A stretch of DNA of 64,000 bases, taken from positions 4,154,001 through 4,218,000 of the forward strand of contig NC_135256.1 in assembly GCF_964204865.1 (NCBI RefSeq), read 5' to 3'. The position numbers were made by a program, and so were the translations under genes. This DNA is from Styela clava (lineage: Eukaryota). Of the stretch, positions 14,758 to 28,417 are shown one piece after another. The notes beneath the pieces are model-generated. The model searched no databases. It was not told the origin of the DNA and worked only from the letters and a program-made list of their open reading frames with translations. Position 1 is the first letter of the stretch, and each line of letters opens with the position of its first letter.

Positions 14758-15801
14758 ATCAAAAAACGCCGCAACGGTTAGTATGTCTCGAGATGTTGAG
14801 ACATCTATCGACTCGCCGCGAGAGACCTCCACCCCTTTACAATAACTACATTCGGCAGTGACGCCGCCACGCTTGAAAAAAGCGGTTTTGGGGTCACAGA
14901 AGATGCCAGGGTAGACATGGCCTTCCGACTGCCAGGAACACTCTGAATTAATTCAGTGACGAGAGGCAAGTGTGTCCTGGCAGACATAAAAAGACTAAGA
15001 GAACAAGTTAGACAACCAGATGTTCCGCCGAAGGGAGAATTCTGTTGAACAGCTAAAATAGGCTACTATACTGTATTTATAACTAAACTTCTATTTATGG
15101 TAGTGCAGGAACGAAGACAAGTTGAACAGCTACTACTATTTAAACAAAGCAAGTCGTCAAACAAAAGCGGTAACGTCTTATTATATAAAGAACGCAACTG
15201 AAACGCCGGGGTGGCCTCAAAGAAACTACAAGAAGAAGGGGCCACTCCCAATACACGAAGAATTGGAGCGGGTTGGCAAAACCACAATTTAGTTGTACTT
15301 TTTTTTAAAGTAGGCCTCGGCCCACCGATGCTTACCTTTCTCTCATACTTACGTTTTTTCAGGGGAGGCTTGTAGATCTTGTTACCTGTAATGAATACCT
15401 CTAAGCAGGCAAAAATAAAACACCGGAGAAAACAGATGTTAGATTTGACGAACACTTCCGTGACAGAAGAGAGCTGGGAGAAATGCACCTTGATGCACAC
15501 TCATATCAACTCTCCCTGTCACGTGATGTTCGTCTCCTCTAAGGAAAAAATGAGAAAAAGGTAGTGAATAGGGAGTAAGATAGAAGAGAAGTGTTAAGAT
15601 GTTTAAAAAGAGGAAAGGTATAAGAAAATAAATAATAATTGTAAGAAATAAACAGAAAAACCTTTACCAGAAAAGGAGCCAATATTCTTGGTGTAGGCTA
15701 TATGGCGTTTGATAAAAATATTTATTTAGTCTTACTATAATTTTACTAGGTTATTTAATATATATTACTACATTAATGTTCATTAAATGAACTGTGTAGA
15801 A

Positions 15802-16710
15802 CAGGGGTGGGCAACCTTTTTCGGCTCGCGTGCCAAAATCGGCTAAATTTGAAGACAAAATTGTTCCACGTGCCAACAAAAATTTAAAACATTGCTTTGC
15901 CACTTTCAAAGCAGAGATATACAATAATAAACCTTTTAAACATGTACAGACAGATTTACTTATCGGGAAAATATCAGTCCGACAAATGGATTTGATCCCT
16001 TTATTATTCTATATCAGTGAGACTTCTGCTGCGGCATTACCGCTGATAGAGATTTCACATTGGGTTTATATTTTACAACTTCCAAAGAAATACACGGACT
16101 ACTGGTTTCAGCTTTCAGGCTACTTCTATTACGAGATTCAATAAAGTTCATAACCGAGAATCAAGATTTACAAGCATACGTAGATGAAAACATGCAGAGT
16201 AATGCAATTGCAAAGTTATCAAGAAAGTTTTTATGTCATCTCAATCACGAAATTCTGCACACCTCTCTGTTATTCCCTTTCCTAATCGCTTATATTTCTT
16301 TCGAAATTAATTTATAGCAGTAAGTTAGCAAGTAACTCTATCCAGCATGAGCTTTACAACTTTATAAATCATGCAGAAATGGAGAAAAAGGGTGGCACAG
16401 ATGAACTATATTAAGTAAGAATGTAGCAAAATGAATGCAGCGCTCTTCTTGGACGCTCACTCATTTGTTACGTCATAATATATTTTTTTATTGTAGCCAA
16501 CGTCATGGAAGTAAAAATAGAGTTTAAATAAATAACGGTTGTTAACAAACCATCAAGGATAAACGAACACCGAGTTTCATCAGATAATTCAGAGTTTTGA
16601 AACTTTTTATCTGAAGGTGAATGAACTCGTTTCCGAGGCCTCGCTCGCGTGCCGAATACATGGGCTGGCGTGCCAAGTTTGGCACGCGTGCCAGGGGTTG
16701 CCCACTCCTG
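15802..16710. mobile_element. Non-autonomous hAT element
   Basis: TIRs CAGGGGTGGGCAACC / GGTTGCCCACTCCTG; 8-bp TSD GTGTAGAA / ATGTAGAA. Confidence 0.9.
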
Positions 16711-19125
16711 ATGTAGAACATACAATAGTTAAGAGATAACCCATATTGGTTATAAATAGGGATCACAATCCCAGAAATAGTATTAGGAAATAACTGCAAT
16801 TTCTTATCAAGTATCTTGGGAACGCAAAACTTGTGCTTTCATTAGATATTATAATCGCATAATATCTCTTTCCAGTTTGGCATCAATTTATACAATATTA
16901 TATGACCATACTTAGTTTCGCGTGTCAGGAGATGTTGATAAAATTGTCTATGATAGATTTTATTATATTATTTATCTCGTTTGCCTTGACATATCGGTCT
17001 TCTTCATCGAAACTTTTTTAAACCTCATTATCTGTACCTTAAAAATTTGGAAATCTTTAAGGACAGACAATGAACAGTCAGCGCTGTAGGTGTTGTAGAA
17101 TATTTCATCTACAGAAACACTAACAGGATTTAAAGTAACGATCAGTAGAGGTTGCGCGAGGACTCTTGAATTGCATATTATAGGATTTAAAGTTATGGTG
17201 TTTAAAAAAATAATGATTCTCGAAGATATGTCAAGGCAGACTTTACATTTCAGGAAAATGTGCTGGGTGGTGCCAAGCCCAGAGTTGCAGAACTTACAAT
17301 TAAGCTTCAGCAGACGGTTATTAAATTGATTATATTTAAATCCCGTCTGCTTCCGCTTTTGTCCTAAGAGGAATCCACTTTGCACTATCCTATAAGAGAT
17401 CTTCCGTTCCTGATTATAAAAGTGCCCTCGTAAATTTCGACTGAGAAGATGAACTCGTTCCCAGTCGATATCAGTTGGGGGATGTTCTGCCCTTCCCCCA
17501 AGGAGCCTATGATATATATTATAAAGGTTAGAAGATTCCCAGTCCTTGGTTGAAAAGCCCAATCTTTTAAAAATATCAAGTCTAATCAACCAAGGTTCAG
17601 GAAGATAAGGAGCATGGGGCATGGAATTGTTAAATAAAATAGGATTGATTAATTTCATTTTGCTGCCAAGACTGAACTGGGCCCTCTCTATGCCAGAATT
17701 GACTGGGATTGGAAAGAGAGGCCAGATGTTTTAGTTTTTCAGCCTGGCAAGCAGCAATTTTAGTTCTAAGACTAACCATACCACCTTTATTGAGGTCGTC
17801 CTGAAGAATTCTCCTACCAAGGATCTCCATTTGCTCGGAGGACCAAAGAAAAGAAAAAATACAGCGCTCTATTTTCTGTACTATTTGAGGTGGTATAAAT
17901 ACCGACCTCGCACTGTACAGAACCTGGGACAATATGAGAGAATTAATTGTAATAATCTTCCCATGCCAGGATAAAGAGCGAGTCCTATTAAAATTTATTA
18001 TTCTAGTGATGTTAATTATTTTTTCTTGCCAGGTTTTGGGTATTTGATCTTTACCGAAGTAAGTACAGTACCTAAGATTTTGACAGAGTCCTTTACAAAC
18101 CGAATATGGGCCGAGAATGATAGTGTATCTCTGGCCCGTTGATTGGTGCAAAGGATCTCTGTCTTATTGGTGTTAATAGCTTGGCCTGTAGAGATCCGAA
18201 ATAATACCAGTTCATTAAAAATAGATTCCACCGAGTATGCATCGGATACAACAAAAGTTGCATCGTCCGCATACTGGTCTAATTTAGGTTCAAAAGTCCC
18301 TATCTTGATACCTTTGATTAGGTTATTATTTAATATTCTGCGGCTTAGGGGCTCCACATTGACGGTATACAGGAGCATACTCAGGGGACATTCTTGCGGA
18401 TGCCCCTGAGTATGTTAATCTCCTTTGTGAATGCCCCATTCACCTCCACGACACTTGTAATATCAGAGTTCATAGATTTAATCAATCTCAAGGTGCTCTC
18501 ACCAATATTAATTCTCTTAAAAAGAGTAAACAAGTATTGATGGTTAACCATATCCAACGCCTTGACATTGTACAAACTATATAACAGGGCAGATGTTTAA
18601 TCCTGGAATAATTTATCGTACTATTGATATTATAATGGATGTCAAATATGCTTCGAACGGGGCAGTACACTTCTGTGCACTATTAATTATGTTAGAAATG
18701 GGTCCTAAAAGGCGTCTGGTAAAAAGTTTAGCTATGACCTTGTAGTCGACGTTCAGATTTGAGATCGGACGCCAATTTCTCAAATCTGAAGCGTCGACTT
18801 TCTTAAAAATTAATTCAACGCGCTCTTTTTTTATATGAATTGTAGTCGACGTTCAGATTTGAGATCGGACGCCGATTTCTCAAATCTGAAGCGTCGACTT
18901 TCTTAAAAATTAATTTAACGCGCTCTTTTTTTATATGAATCTGGCAGGATGCCAGATAACAAAATATTAATAATTAGCAGAACAAATTCTTTTTTATTAG
19001 GGACCAGAACGCTAAATAGAATTCTTTTGAGAAGCCGTCAAGTCCTGGTGACTTCCCATTTTCTATTTCTTCAATAATATTAAGAACTTCTTCTTCATCA
19101 GTCCATGTTGAGATATTGTCTACAT

Positions 19126-20180
19126 CAGGCCTGCCCAACCTTTTTCGTCTCGCGGGCCACTTTCACGTGACAAAATTCGTTGCGGGCCGCAAACGTTTGT
19201 ACCAAACATTATTATCAGCTAGGTCCTGATTTTGCTGTAGGTAATTTACATAATACATAAAAGGCAAGTTTATTAACATAAAATCAATCAATTTAATAAT
19301 TGCTTTCTGGTTACTGAGTAGGGCAGGCAGATTATTCGACTTCAAGTCGAATAATAGAAGAGCAGGTTACTATTCGAATATCTGGTAACACGGGGCGTGG
19401 ACTTGACACTTGCGTTTTTTTTTTGCGGATGACCACACGAGAACACACACATCACGTCCAAATTGAGTGTTGTATTCGCGTCGTAGTGTTTTTATTCATT
19501 CTTTTTCAGTAGCCATAATACTGATTTAATGAGCATAATGTGCGCCAATGTCGCAGGAACATCAAGTTTATATGGGCAGTTTCGTGCAATTTGAAACACC
19601 ATTACAAGTATTTAATGAAGTAACATTACAAATATTTCCAGACTAATAGCCTATATATACTGATTTGTCACCAGTGACGACATTTTCGAAATCGTACTTA
19701 GCCCAAATATTGAATGAATAAAAAAAATACAAACATAAAAGGACAACGAGACCCGGGACCAGTAAGTACCAAAGATATTGTTTTATTTAGCGTTAGCAAT
19801 AAAGACGATCAAAGCAGACACGTAAGAAACAATCAGAATGAAATTAATTTGCAAATTTAGGATCCAAATTCATTCCTATAATTGCGCTCAGCGTTTGTCC
19901 TCAATGATGACAATATCTTTCGAGTTCCTCGAACAGAACGCTCAGTTCGGCAAGAAATAAAAAACTGACGTCGATGTCCACGGGGGTGCAAAACTTGACA
20001 CACACGTAATAATAAGAACTGGCATTTGAATGCAGATAGATGGCAGGAATAATCACACCAAAATCAGAAACGTACTTAAGCCTATATATTGATATATAAC
20101 ATAGAATAAAAATAAAAACTCTGCATACAAACTTTATAGGGCGGGCCGCAAAAAACAGTCCGGCGGGTTGGGCAGCCTTG
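19126..20180. mobile_element. Non-autonomous hAT element
   Basis: TIRs CAGGCCTGCCCAACC / GGTTGGGCAGCCTTG; TSD GTCTACAT / ATCTACAT; RT sequence resumes on both sides. Confidence 0.9.
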
Positions 20181-20949
20181 ATCTACATCTTCTTGAATTA
20201 AAGATGTAGAATTAACAGTATTCAAATATTCACTTTGGGTCCCTGAATTTATATCAGACACAGTTCCCCAAAGATCCGTGTAAAAATTAAACTATTTTGA
20301 GAATTTCATCTGGATTTTTTTGTATTTTTCCATTACTATCTTTTAATTTACAAATTGTGGTTTCGGATTATCGTTTTTTAATCCTCTGGAAAATATCTTT
20401 GACGGTTTTTCTCCGAATTTGGCTTTAAATTTTAAATATTCCAATTTATTATTTTGATGAAAAATGAGTTCTTGACGAAGTCTTATTATTTCATCATTGT
20501 CGGTACCTTCGGTTATTAATTGACCCAGATGTAATTTTTTTCCTTTTATTTTCTCTTGCTCTAGAGATGGAATATGCAATCGAAACTTTTCTAAGACTAT
20601 ATTTTACAAAATCCCACCATTTTTGAATGTAAGAAAATTCATCCATATGGTGGACTAAATGATTATACTTATCAGTAATTATGTTAATATCACTATACAA
20701 ACTAATATTATTTTTTCAGGCACCCTTATCCTCATAGAAGACTTTAATACAAGGACTGTGATCTGAAACGGTGTTTATTCGATGGTGGATGTCTCTGCGT
20801 GACTGTGTTCCAATTTGGCAGGTGTAAAGGTGCCCCGTAAGATAGTTTCTAGTTTGGATAGTTGACCTTAGAATTTCCTCTGCCCTAGAGAGCTTAAAAT
20901 GATGTTTGACTAAAACATCACGCAAAAAAAAAAAAAAAATTGTAAATTG

Positions 20950-21016
20950 ACATATCGCAGGGCGAGTCCTAACCACCTCACTACTGTTCTAGCCATAAAT
21001 TTGAGCCACGGCTCAG
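20950..21016 (-). ncRNA. Second copy of the putative SL RNA intron half (donor and the element's poly(A) deleted)
   Basis: CTGAGCCGTGGCTCAAATTTATGGCTAG...GACTCGCCCTGC, closely matching 53331-53401 and again directly behind an element 3' end. Confidence 0.65.
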
Positions 21017-22780
21017 GAAAGTAGGCCTCGACCCACCGATACTTACCTTTTTTTTTTATATTAATACTCACTTGTTTCAGGGGAGGCTTGGAGATGTTGT
21101 TGTCTTCTAATACCTGTAAGAGAGGTGAAAAAACAGAAGTTTAGATTCGACGAACACTTCCGTGACAGGAGAGAGTTAAGAGAAATGCACCTTGATGCAC
21201 ACTCATGTCAACTCTCCCTATCGCGTGATGTCCGTCTCCTTTCGGAAAAAAGAAGTTAAACAGTAAGAGGTTTAGCAGAGCATGAGCAGAGGAAAGGTGA
21301 GAGAGTGAGTGAAAAATAAGTTACAGAAAAAAAAAAATTAAAAATAATAAGACTTTCACCAAAAATATAGAAGAGCCATTATTCTGATGTATAGGGCGTT
21401 TATGAAGTTATTTGTTCTATTATATTATGCTAATAAAAGGTATTATAAATATTTTTAGAAAGTCAGACTATAATAAGACTAATACCTATGATGGAAAGTT
21501 AAATAGCAGACTTGGGGAGAATATAAATCGTTATAACGGTTTCCATTAACAATATTTGACACGTGAGCAACTTTTTATATATTATGTGTTGTAATCACAT
21601 AATATTTCTTTCCAGTTGGGAACCAACTCATACTGGACAATATTTCCATAACTATTTTCACGATCCAAAAGGTGTTGATAAAACTTGGTAATTACAGATT
21701 TAATTATATTATTAGTATCGTTTGCCGTCGCATATAGGTCGTCTCTGTCGAGAACCCTTTTCATCTCAACTATGTAAACCTTAAAAAGTTGATAAATTTT
21801 GAGGACAGATAGAGTGCTGTTTTTGTTATAAGTGTTATAGAAAATATCTTCTATTGGAACATTCACAGCACTCGCACATAATTTATTTAAGATGTCAAGG
21901 ATTCTCGACGATATGCTAAGGCAAACGTTACACCCCAAAAAAATATGTTGTGTGTCGTCGGGTCCTAAATTACAAAACTTACAATCGAGTTTAAGTAAGC
22001 GATTATTACATTTATTATACTTAAACCCGGTCTGTCTTCATAAAGGAAACCATCCCGGACTAAACGGAATACCTTTCATAATTATGAAAATGATGATTTA
22101 AATGTCGACTAAGGAGATGGACAGATTCCCAGTCGACATCAGTGGGAGGATGCTCGGTTCTTCCCCCAATGAGTCTTGAGTAGATGGTACGGAGACTGGA
22201 GTATTCCCATTCCTCGGCTGAGAAGTTCATTCCTTTAAAAAGACTGAGTCTCCTCAACCAAGGTTCAGGTACACAAGTGGAATGAGGCATTGGATTGCTG
22301 AACAAGATTGGATTTACAGATCTTATCTTGCTGCCAAGGCTTTATTAGACCTCTCTATGCCAGAATTGACTGGGGTTAGTTAGATAGAGAGACCAGATGT
22401 TTGATCATTTGCACTTGGCAGGCAGCAATCTTAGTTCTAAGACTAATCACGCCCATTCCACCTTTATTGATATCGTTCTGGAGAATCCTTCTACTCAAGA
22501 CTTCCATGGGTTCAGATGTCCATAGGAAAGAAAAAATACATCTCTCTATTATTTGTACAGTTTGAGGAGGTATGAATACCGACCTCGCACTGTACAATAC
22601 CTGTGACAAAATTAGGGAGTTAATAATCCTAATTTTGCCATACCAGGAGAGATACCTGGTTTTATTATAATTAATTATTTTATTAATTGTTGATATTTTT
22701 TCTTGCGAAGTTTAATTAATTTGGTTCTTGCCAAAATATATACCAAGAATTTTAACAGAGTCCTATGCATATCGTTGATG
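21017..22780 (-). mobile_element. Tx1 family A 3' fragment (ORF2 C-terminus and 3' UTR)
   Basis: ORFs 22376-22609, 22060-22305 and 21582-21938 (ELVPNWKEILCDYNT); same subfamily as 53402-59557. Confidence 0.88.
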
Positions 22781-22784
22781 GGGC

Positions 22785-23186
22785 AACTTTAGGGAGCGAC
22801 GCCGCAACACTGGAAAACAGTGGCTTTGGCACCGAGGAAGAAGCCGAAGGAGAAGTTATGGCAGAGACACTCTGGTTTACACCATTGCCGAGAGGCAAGT
22901 GTGTCCTGGCAGGCATAAACGAATATACTTAACAACCAGACTATTTACGAAATGGATTTACCACCACAAGACTATATAAACTAGGCTACCTACGATAGGA
23001 ATATTAAACTAACTCAGGACTATAAGTAAAACATGTAACAAGCAAACAAAAGCGATAACGAATTATTTGAAAGAATTCGTTAAAGAAACGCCGGGGTGGC
23101 CTCAAGGAAAATACTCAAGAGAGCGAGGCCACTCCCAATACACCAAGAAAACGGAGCGAGCTGGCAATGCCACAATTTAGTTACAC
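22785..23186 (-). mobile_element. Tx1 family A 5' fragment (head, 5' UTR, ORF1 start)
   Basis: Head 23085-23186; near-identical to 35510-35910. Confidence 0.8.
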
Positions 23187-24740
23187 TTTTTTTTTAAAAA
23201 GCAGGCCTCAACCCACCGATACTTACATTTTTTATACTTACGTCTCTGGGGAGGCTTGTAGATCTTGTTTCCTGTAAATACCTGTTAGCAGGCAAACTAA
23301 TAACACCAGAAATAAACAGATATTTAGAGTTAACGAACACTTCCGTGACAGGAGAAAGTTAAGAGAAATGTACCTTGATGCACACTCATGTTACCTCTCC
23401 CTGTTACGTGGTGCTCGTCTCCCAACAGAAGTGAGGAAGAGAAGAGCTAGAAGGTTATGAAGGAAGTTATATTAGGAAAGAAAATATAAGACTTGTAAGA
23501 AATAAACAGAAAAACCTTTACCCAAAAAAGAAGCCAAGATTCTTATTGTATTTGACGTTTATATATATAAAATTGTTTTACTTGCTATGTTAATTATATT
23601 ATTTTATACCATTATTAATAAGAACATAGTGTTCATTAAAAAAAATATAATAGTAGAAAAGTAACTAAATTGTGTAATAGGTATTTACTGGAGAGGAAGA
23701 GAGTTATAAGAGATTATTAGTATCTTGGAGTATGAGGTATATGATATATGGCAACTCATATATGATAATATCCCCATACTTTGACTCACGCTCCAAGAGA
23801 TGCTGATAAAAATTTCCTATAACAGATTTTATCATATTATTTACATCGTTTGTCCTGACATATCGATCTTCTTTATCAAGAGCCCTTTTTTAAGTTAATT
23901 ATCTGAACTTTATAAATTTGAAAAATCTTAAGAACTGATAAAGCACAGTTGTTATTATAAGTGTTAAAAAAGATTTCTTCTATTTGTACACTTATCGCGC
24001 TTAAACTTACGTTATTTAAAAAGTTAAGGACTCTCGATGACATGTCAAGGCAAACGGTGCATTCCACCGGTGCTAACCTGAAGCTCGCCTCTCCGTTCCT
24101 CATCAGGTGATATTGGTGGGAACTCGGTGCACTCTCGCTGCGTATGTCTAGAATTCTTACAAAGACGGCAGGACGGCGGTACTGTGAACTCCCTGGCAAG
24201 ATGACCTGATTGAAAACAGTTTAAGCAGTCTTCGTGTAAAGTTCAGGTGGCAAGTTGGTTTTACACCGTAATCCACCAACATAAAAGAAATCGGGGAAGT
24301 TAGACTTCTCGAAGTCATCAATGATGGCTTCTTGTACGTATTCACTGTATATCTTGGTGTTTTCAAGTTATACTTTATGGACCCGCCGTACTTTTCCACA
24401 ATCCAAAGAATTCAGCAAAAATTTTATTTGTTCCTGCCTCGCACACTGATACGTGTGCCAGGGTCACAAGGAAGAGAGAAATTTAGATGACCTAGACCAG
24501 ATCATGATATTTATTACTGATTGTGTCTATATAGTTTGCATCACCATACAAATTAAGATTATTCTTTCACGCACCCTTGCGCCATATTATAGAAGATCTT
24601 AATACAAAGACTGGGACAAGAGTGTGGCCAAAAACGGTATTTATAATATGGTGGATATTTTTTATACAAGTCACCATGTTTTCAGAAACATAGATTCTGT
24701 CTATTCTGCGTTACTGTGTCCCAATTTTACATTTGTAAAA
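23187..24740 (-). mobile_element. Rearranged Tx1 family A fragments (poly(A), 3' UTR, ORF2 end, ORF1 knuckles, EN piece)
   Basis: Poly(A) 23187-23195; hairpin ~23330-23420; ORFs 23876-24199 and 24157-24399. Confidence 0.8.
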
Positions 24741-24744
24741 TGGG

Positions 24745-26540
24745 TTCTAAATGGAGCAATATTTATTCATAATATGCTTCCTGTACCATGACAAGGGAAT
24801 GAATTTTTAACAAATACTTATAAACGATACGGATATTTTTGGCCATTGAACGAGAATTATTTTTTCTGTCAGTCTGAGAGAAACGTAAATCTTACCTTCC
24901 AAAATGAATTGACAATTTTACACGTAAAGATGCTATCGAGCGGGTCATCACGAATTAACCTCGTCTTGAAAGAGAAACGAGATCTTCTGACGCACAGCTT
25001 TACCCAAGTTAACTTCTAACATATTTCATCTATATCTGAAATCATAGCACAAGTAGACACATTAGTGAATTTGAAAACGCACGAAGCATACAGTAGGTAT
25101 TATTATATTAGTTGTGGCGCTTTTAATTTCTAGGGTTATGTGCGTCACATTGAAAAGAATTTACGTAAAAAACATGTAGCCCACTACTCACTCGGCGAGG
25201 TCTCGACGTTCAAATGACTGGAGACTTGAATAAAGTGATAACATTAAGGCAATTATTATTGTCTGATTGGGGCAGGCAACAACACGTGGTCATCCAAGAA
25301 AATATAAACAAACAACTGTGTTTTGTGTCATCGCATTTACTTTAGAATTACAATTTATGTCCGACGAATCAATATTTTATATATTAAAGCAGAGTTGTGC
25401 ATCCTGCTGCTCAAATAGAAAATTGTGCGGCCTGCGGAAAAGTTCGGAATGGTGGGCTTGGTAAATTATCGTACCGCATATGATTTTCGGGGAATCGATG
25501 ATAAGATATTTTGTTTTGCCTTGTGTGTCCTTATCTCATATAAAATATATTATTCATTAATCATGCAAACTGAGCTAAGTGATTTGCGTGCCACACTAAC
25601 CTTATTATCCTAGGCTGGGTCAGAAACTATCGTCCTGCGTGCCGCAATTGCCTCAACAAACGGGGCCGCGAGTTTGAGACCACTGTTCCAATCTCTTTGC
25701 GTTGCAAAGGTTATACTTGAGTCCAATTTATTATCTATGAATATGACGTTACAATGCCCTAACAGCTAGCTTGTGCGAAGCGAACAACGTATGTCATAAA
25801 ATCAAGAACCAAAATTTTTGTTTTTGCAACTACTAGGAATCCTATGTTCTATTAAGATGCGGTTTCACCCATCACCCTTCTGTATTAAATTTGCATGCCC
25901 CGTTAAAAAAGGGTTTCTGATAACAAATCACCAGTCCGAATGGGAATTCTGTTCTTATTAATTTATCCCTCGGCCTGACTTTTAATATAACATTTAACAG
26001 CGAAATATTCACCTAACTAGACCGCGCTATTTAAAATAAGCTCTCAATTAGTGACAAAATAGCAACTCAAATGATCTTTTCAAGCAATAGCCAAGTCGTC
26101 ATATATACATAAACATGCAGAAATGTCAGTTTTGAATCAAAAAGGGCATAACCATCTCTAACGCGCACATTAATAATAATCGAAATGTGAGCGCAGCGAC
26201 TATGCCACATAATGTAGAAGATTTACCAAATGAACCGACGATAATCCATTCGCATTTCGCTTCGACTTATTGTCACGGATTTTATTATCTGTGTGTTTTA
26301 GTTTAGTTTGTTTTTTAAATTTTTGCCTATACAGTATTCTTTTCGAGGACCCTTAATTTGGATACACTTCATCCGGGTCCGGTTACTGTGAGACTCCGAC
26401 CACCATCGAGTCGTGAGAAAAAAGAGCTTCTCTCTCTTCTTCGCTCGGCTGGGTTGGATGTCGGACGTGTTTTTCTGTGTTCTCTGTTTTATGCTGTTTT
26501 AAGTGTTTTTAACGGTGAAGTTGTATTGTATAACATTTTT
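24745..26540. mobile_element. Non-Tx1 insertion block containing one hAT-like end
   Basis: GCCGCGAGTTTGAGACCACTG ending at 25685 resembles a hAT TIR; partner TIR not found; no convincing ORF. Confidence 0.35.
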
Positions 26541-27049
26541 GATAAGGATCCCAGTACCGGATTTAAAATATTTTATTGATGTATCTTCATGGCTGATGGT
26601 ATTCAGATGTGCGGTGTAACCCAGATCGTTAGCCGTGATCACTGTGTTGAAACAGTTCCGGCGTAGTCTTTACCGTGATTTTTATCGAACTCGTTTCTGT
26701 TACAATGCGTATCGTCAGGGAAAAATATTATGCGATTGTTTTTCGACCCATGTGTGAAATATTAACATTATACAATCAGCATTAACCTCTATATTTCGAC
26801 CATGTTTTCGCTGAAAAATATTTTCGTGGCAATATGAGTACGCGTGCCTCAAAAATCAAAAGCATTTCAAATAAGATCATGGCAAATCGAGGCATGTTTA
26901 GCAAGATATTGGTGAAATATATGAATTTCATTTTCGTTGATTTTGTTGACCAGTCATAGAAGGCTGTCCCCCTTTAAAAACACTTTGCATTCATCTCAAA
27001 AATGATGAATGGCAAGAGGTTAGAGCTATTATGGAGAATGTTATTATTT

Positions 27050-28400
27050 AAACACAGGCAACTCGGGAAAAATTCGAGATTTAGAAGGTGGGAGGACTAT
27101 GAATGCGCCTGATGACGAGAAGCTCTCCTGTCCAATTTTATTATCGTCTCTTAAAACAGGATTTCCCACGATTTTGGAACATAGCCAGTCGGGACCCGGT
27201 TCCTTGGCTTTTCCATGGATACAAAGTTTCTTACAAAACGTTTCTTCATCCGAGTCTGGCTATGTCATGATAGTCTTCTCCCTGAGGAGCAAAACGATTT
27301 TGCACCGTTCTCACCAAGGTCTTCCGGGCCACTTCCTAAATTAGTTTTTTCTTCATCTACAACTGCTACCGATTTATTATTTAAGTTCGCGGTTTTCTGA
27401 TTCTAAGGAATCTGAAATCTCCCGAAGTTCAGCCGGAATAGGGTGTAAATCCACTCTAACCAGGCTTAGATTTATCAGCAGCATCATTTTCCTTTTTTAT
27501 ATTTTCATCCTTTTCAGGCTGTCTATGTGATGATACAGCCACCGATGTAACTTTAGTGAAACTTTATCTCTCCGGCGTCTTTGAGGCCTTTTTTGCAGGA
27601 GAGCTAACCTGAGGCTCGCCTCTCTGTTCCTCATCCGGTGGTATTGATGGGAACTCGCTACACATGTCTAGAATTCCTACAAAGACGGCAGGACGGCGGC
27701 ACCATGCACCCCCTGGCAATATGACCTGTTTGAAAACAATTTAAGCAGTCTTGGTGGCAAGTTGGTTTTACATCGTCGTAGCCTACACCAACATAAAAGA
27801 AATCGGGAAAGTTAGACATCTCGAAGTCATCAATTATGGCTTGTACGTATCCATTGTATACCTTGGTGTTTTTAAGGTATACTTTATGGACCCGCCGTAC
27901 TTTTTCACAATCCAAAGAATTCAGCAAAAGTTTTATTTGTTCCCGCGTGGCCTCCGTTGGTATGCCTCGCACACTGATACTTGTGCCAGGGCCACGAGGA
28001 AGAGAGAAATGGGATCAATTTGATTTCCAACACTATCTAGAAATTTATTACTTGTTGAATCCCCGTTCGTGGGCTGGAACGTTACGTTTCAAATGCCCTG
28101 GCGGATGGCGAAGATGCCGCCAACTAAAAGCTTATATTGACGAAGCTTATCAACAATGGTGAAAAGCTGAAACAGTCGAGATGTCTCTGGTTGTCATGAC
28201 ATCGATCGACTCGCCGCGAATAACTGCAACGCCTCTCGCGTTTGTTACCTTAGGTAGAGATACAGCAACGCTGGCAAATGCTGGCTTTTGCGTCGAAGTT
28301 GTGCAGTCGGCATGACGATTTTCCCAGCAGGTGGTTGCCTGCCAGAGACACCCTGACATGATTCAGTGCCGAGAAGCATTTGTGTCCTGTCAGACCCTAA
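27050..28400 (-). pseudogene. Tx1 family A ORF1 remnant
   Basis: RGIPTEATREQ...CLNCFQTGHIARGC...CRLCRNSRH (27658-27972). Confidence 0.85.
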
Positions 28401-28417
28401 AGAAACTAGTTACTATC

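Larger units (their letters stand above)
8956..15298 (-). mobile_element. Near full-length decayed Tx1 family A element (~6.3 kb)
   Basis: Begins GTACAAC at 15298; ORF1 MSARTH at 14987 with CCHC knuckles (13939-14448); EN 12299-13200; RT 11116-12055 (YADD); C-terminal finger ~9958-10330; 3' UTR; poly(A) 8956-8967. Confidence 0.9.
15299..20923 (-). mobile_element. 5'-truncated Tx1 family A element (EN end, RT, C-terminus, 3' UTR, poly(A))
   Basis: ORFs 18016-18378 (QYADD), 17630-18151 and 16972-17658 (CKFC...HIFLKC); poly(A) 15299-15306. Confidence 0.88.

Noticed and set aside
26635-26976. Kolobok-like end (TGTCCCCT-TTAA)
   Set aside because: No matching opposite terminus or TSD was found.
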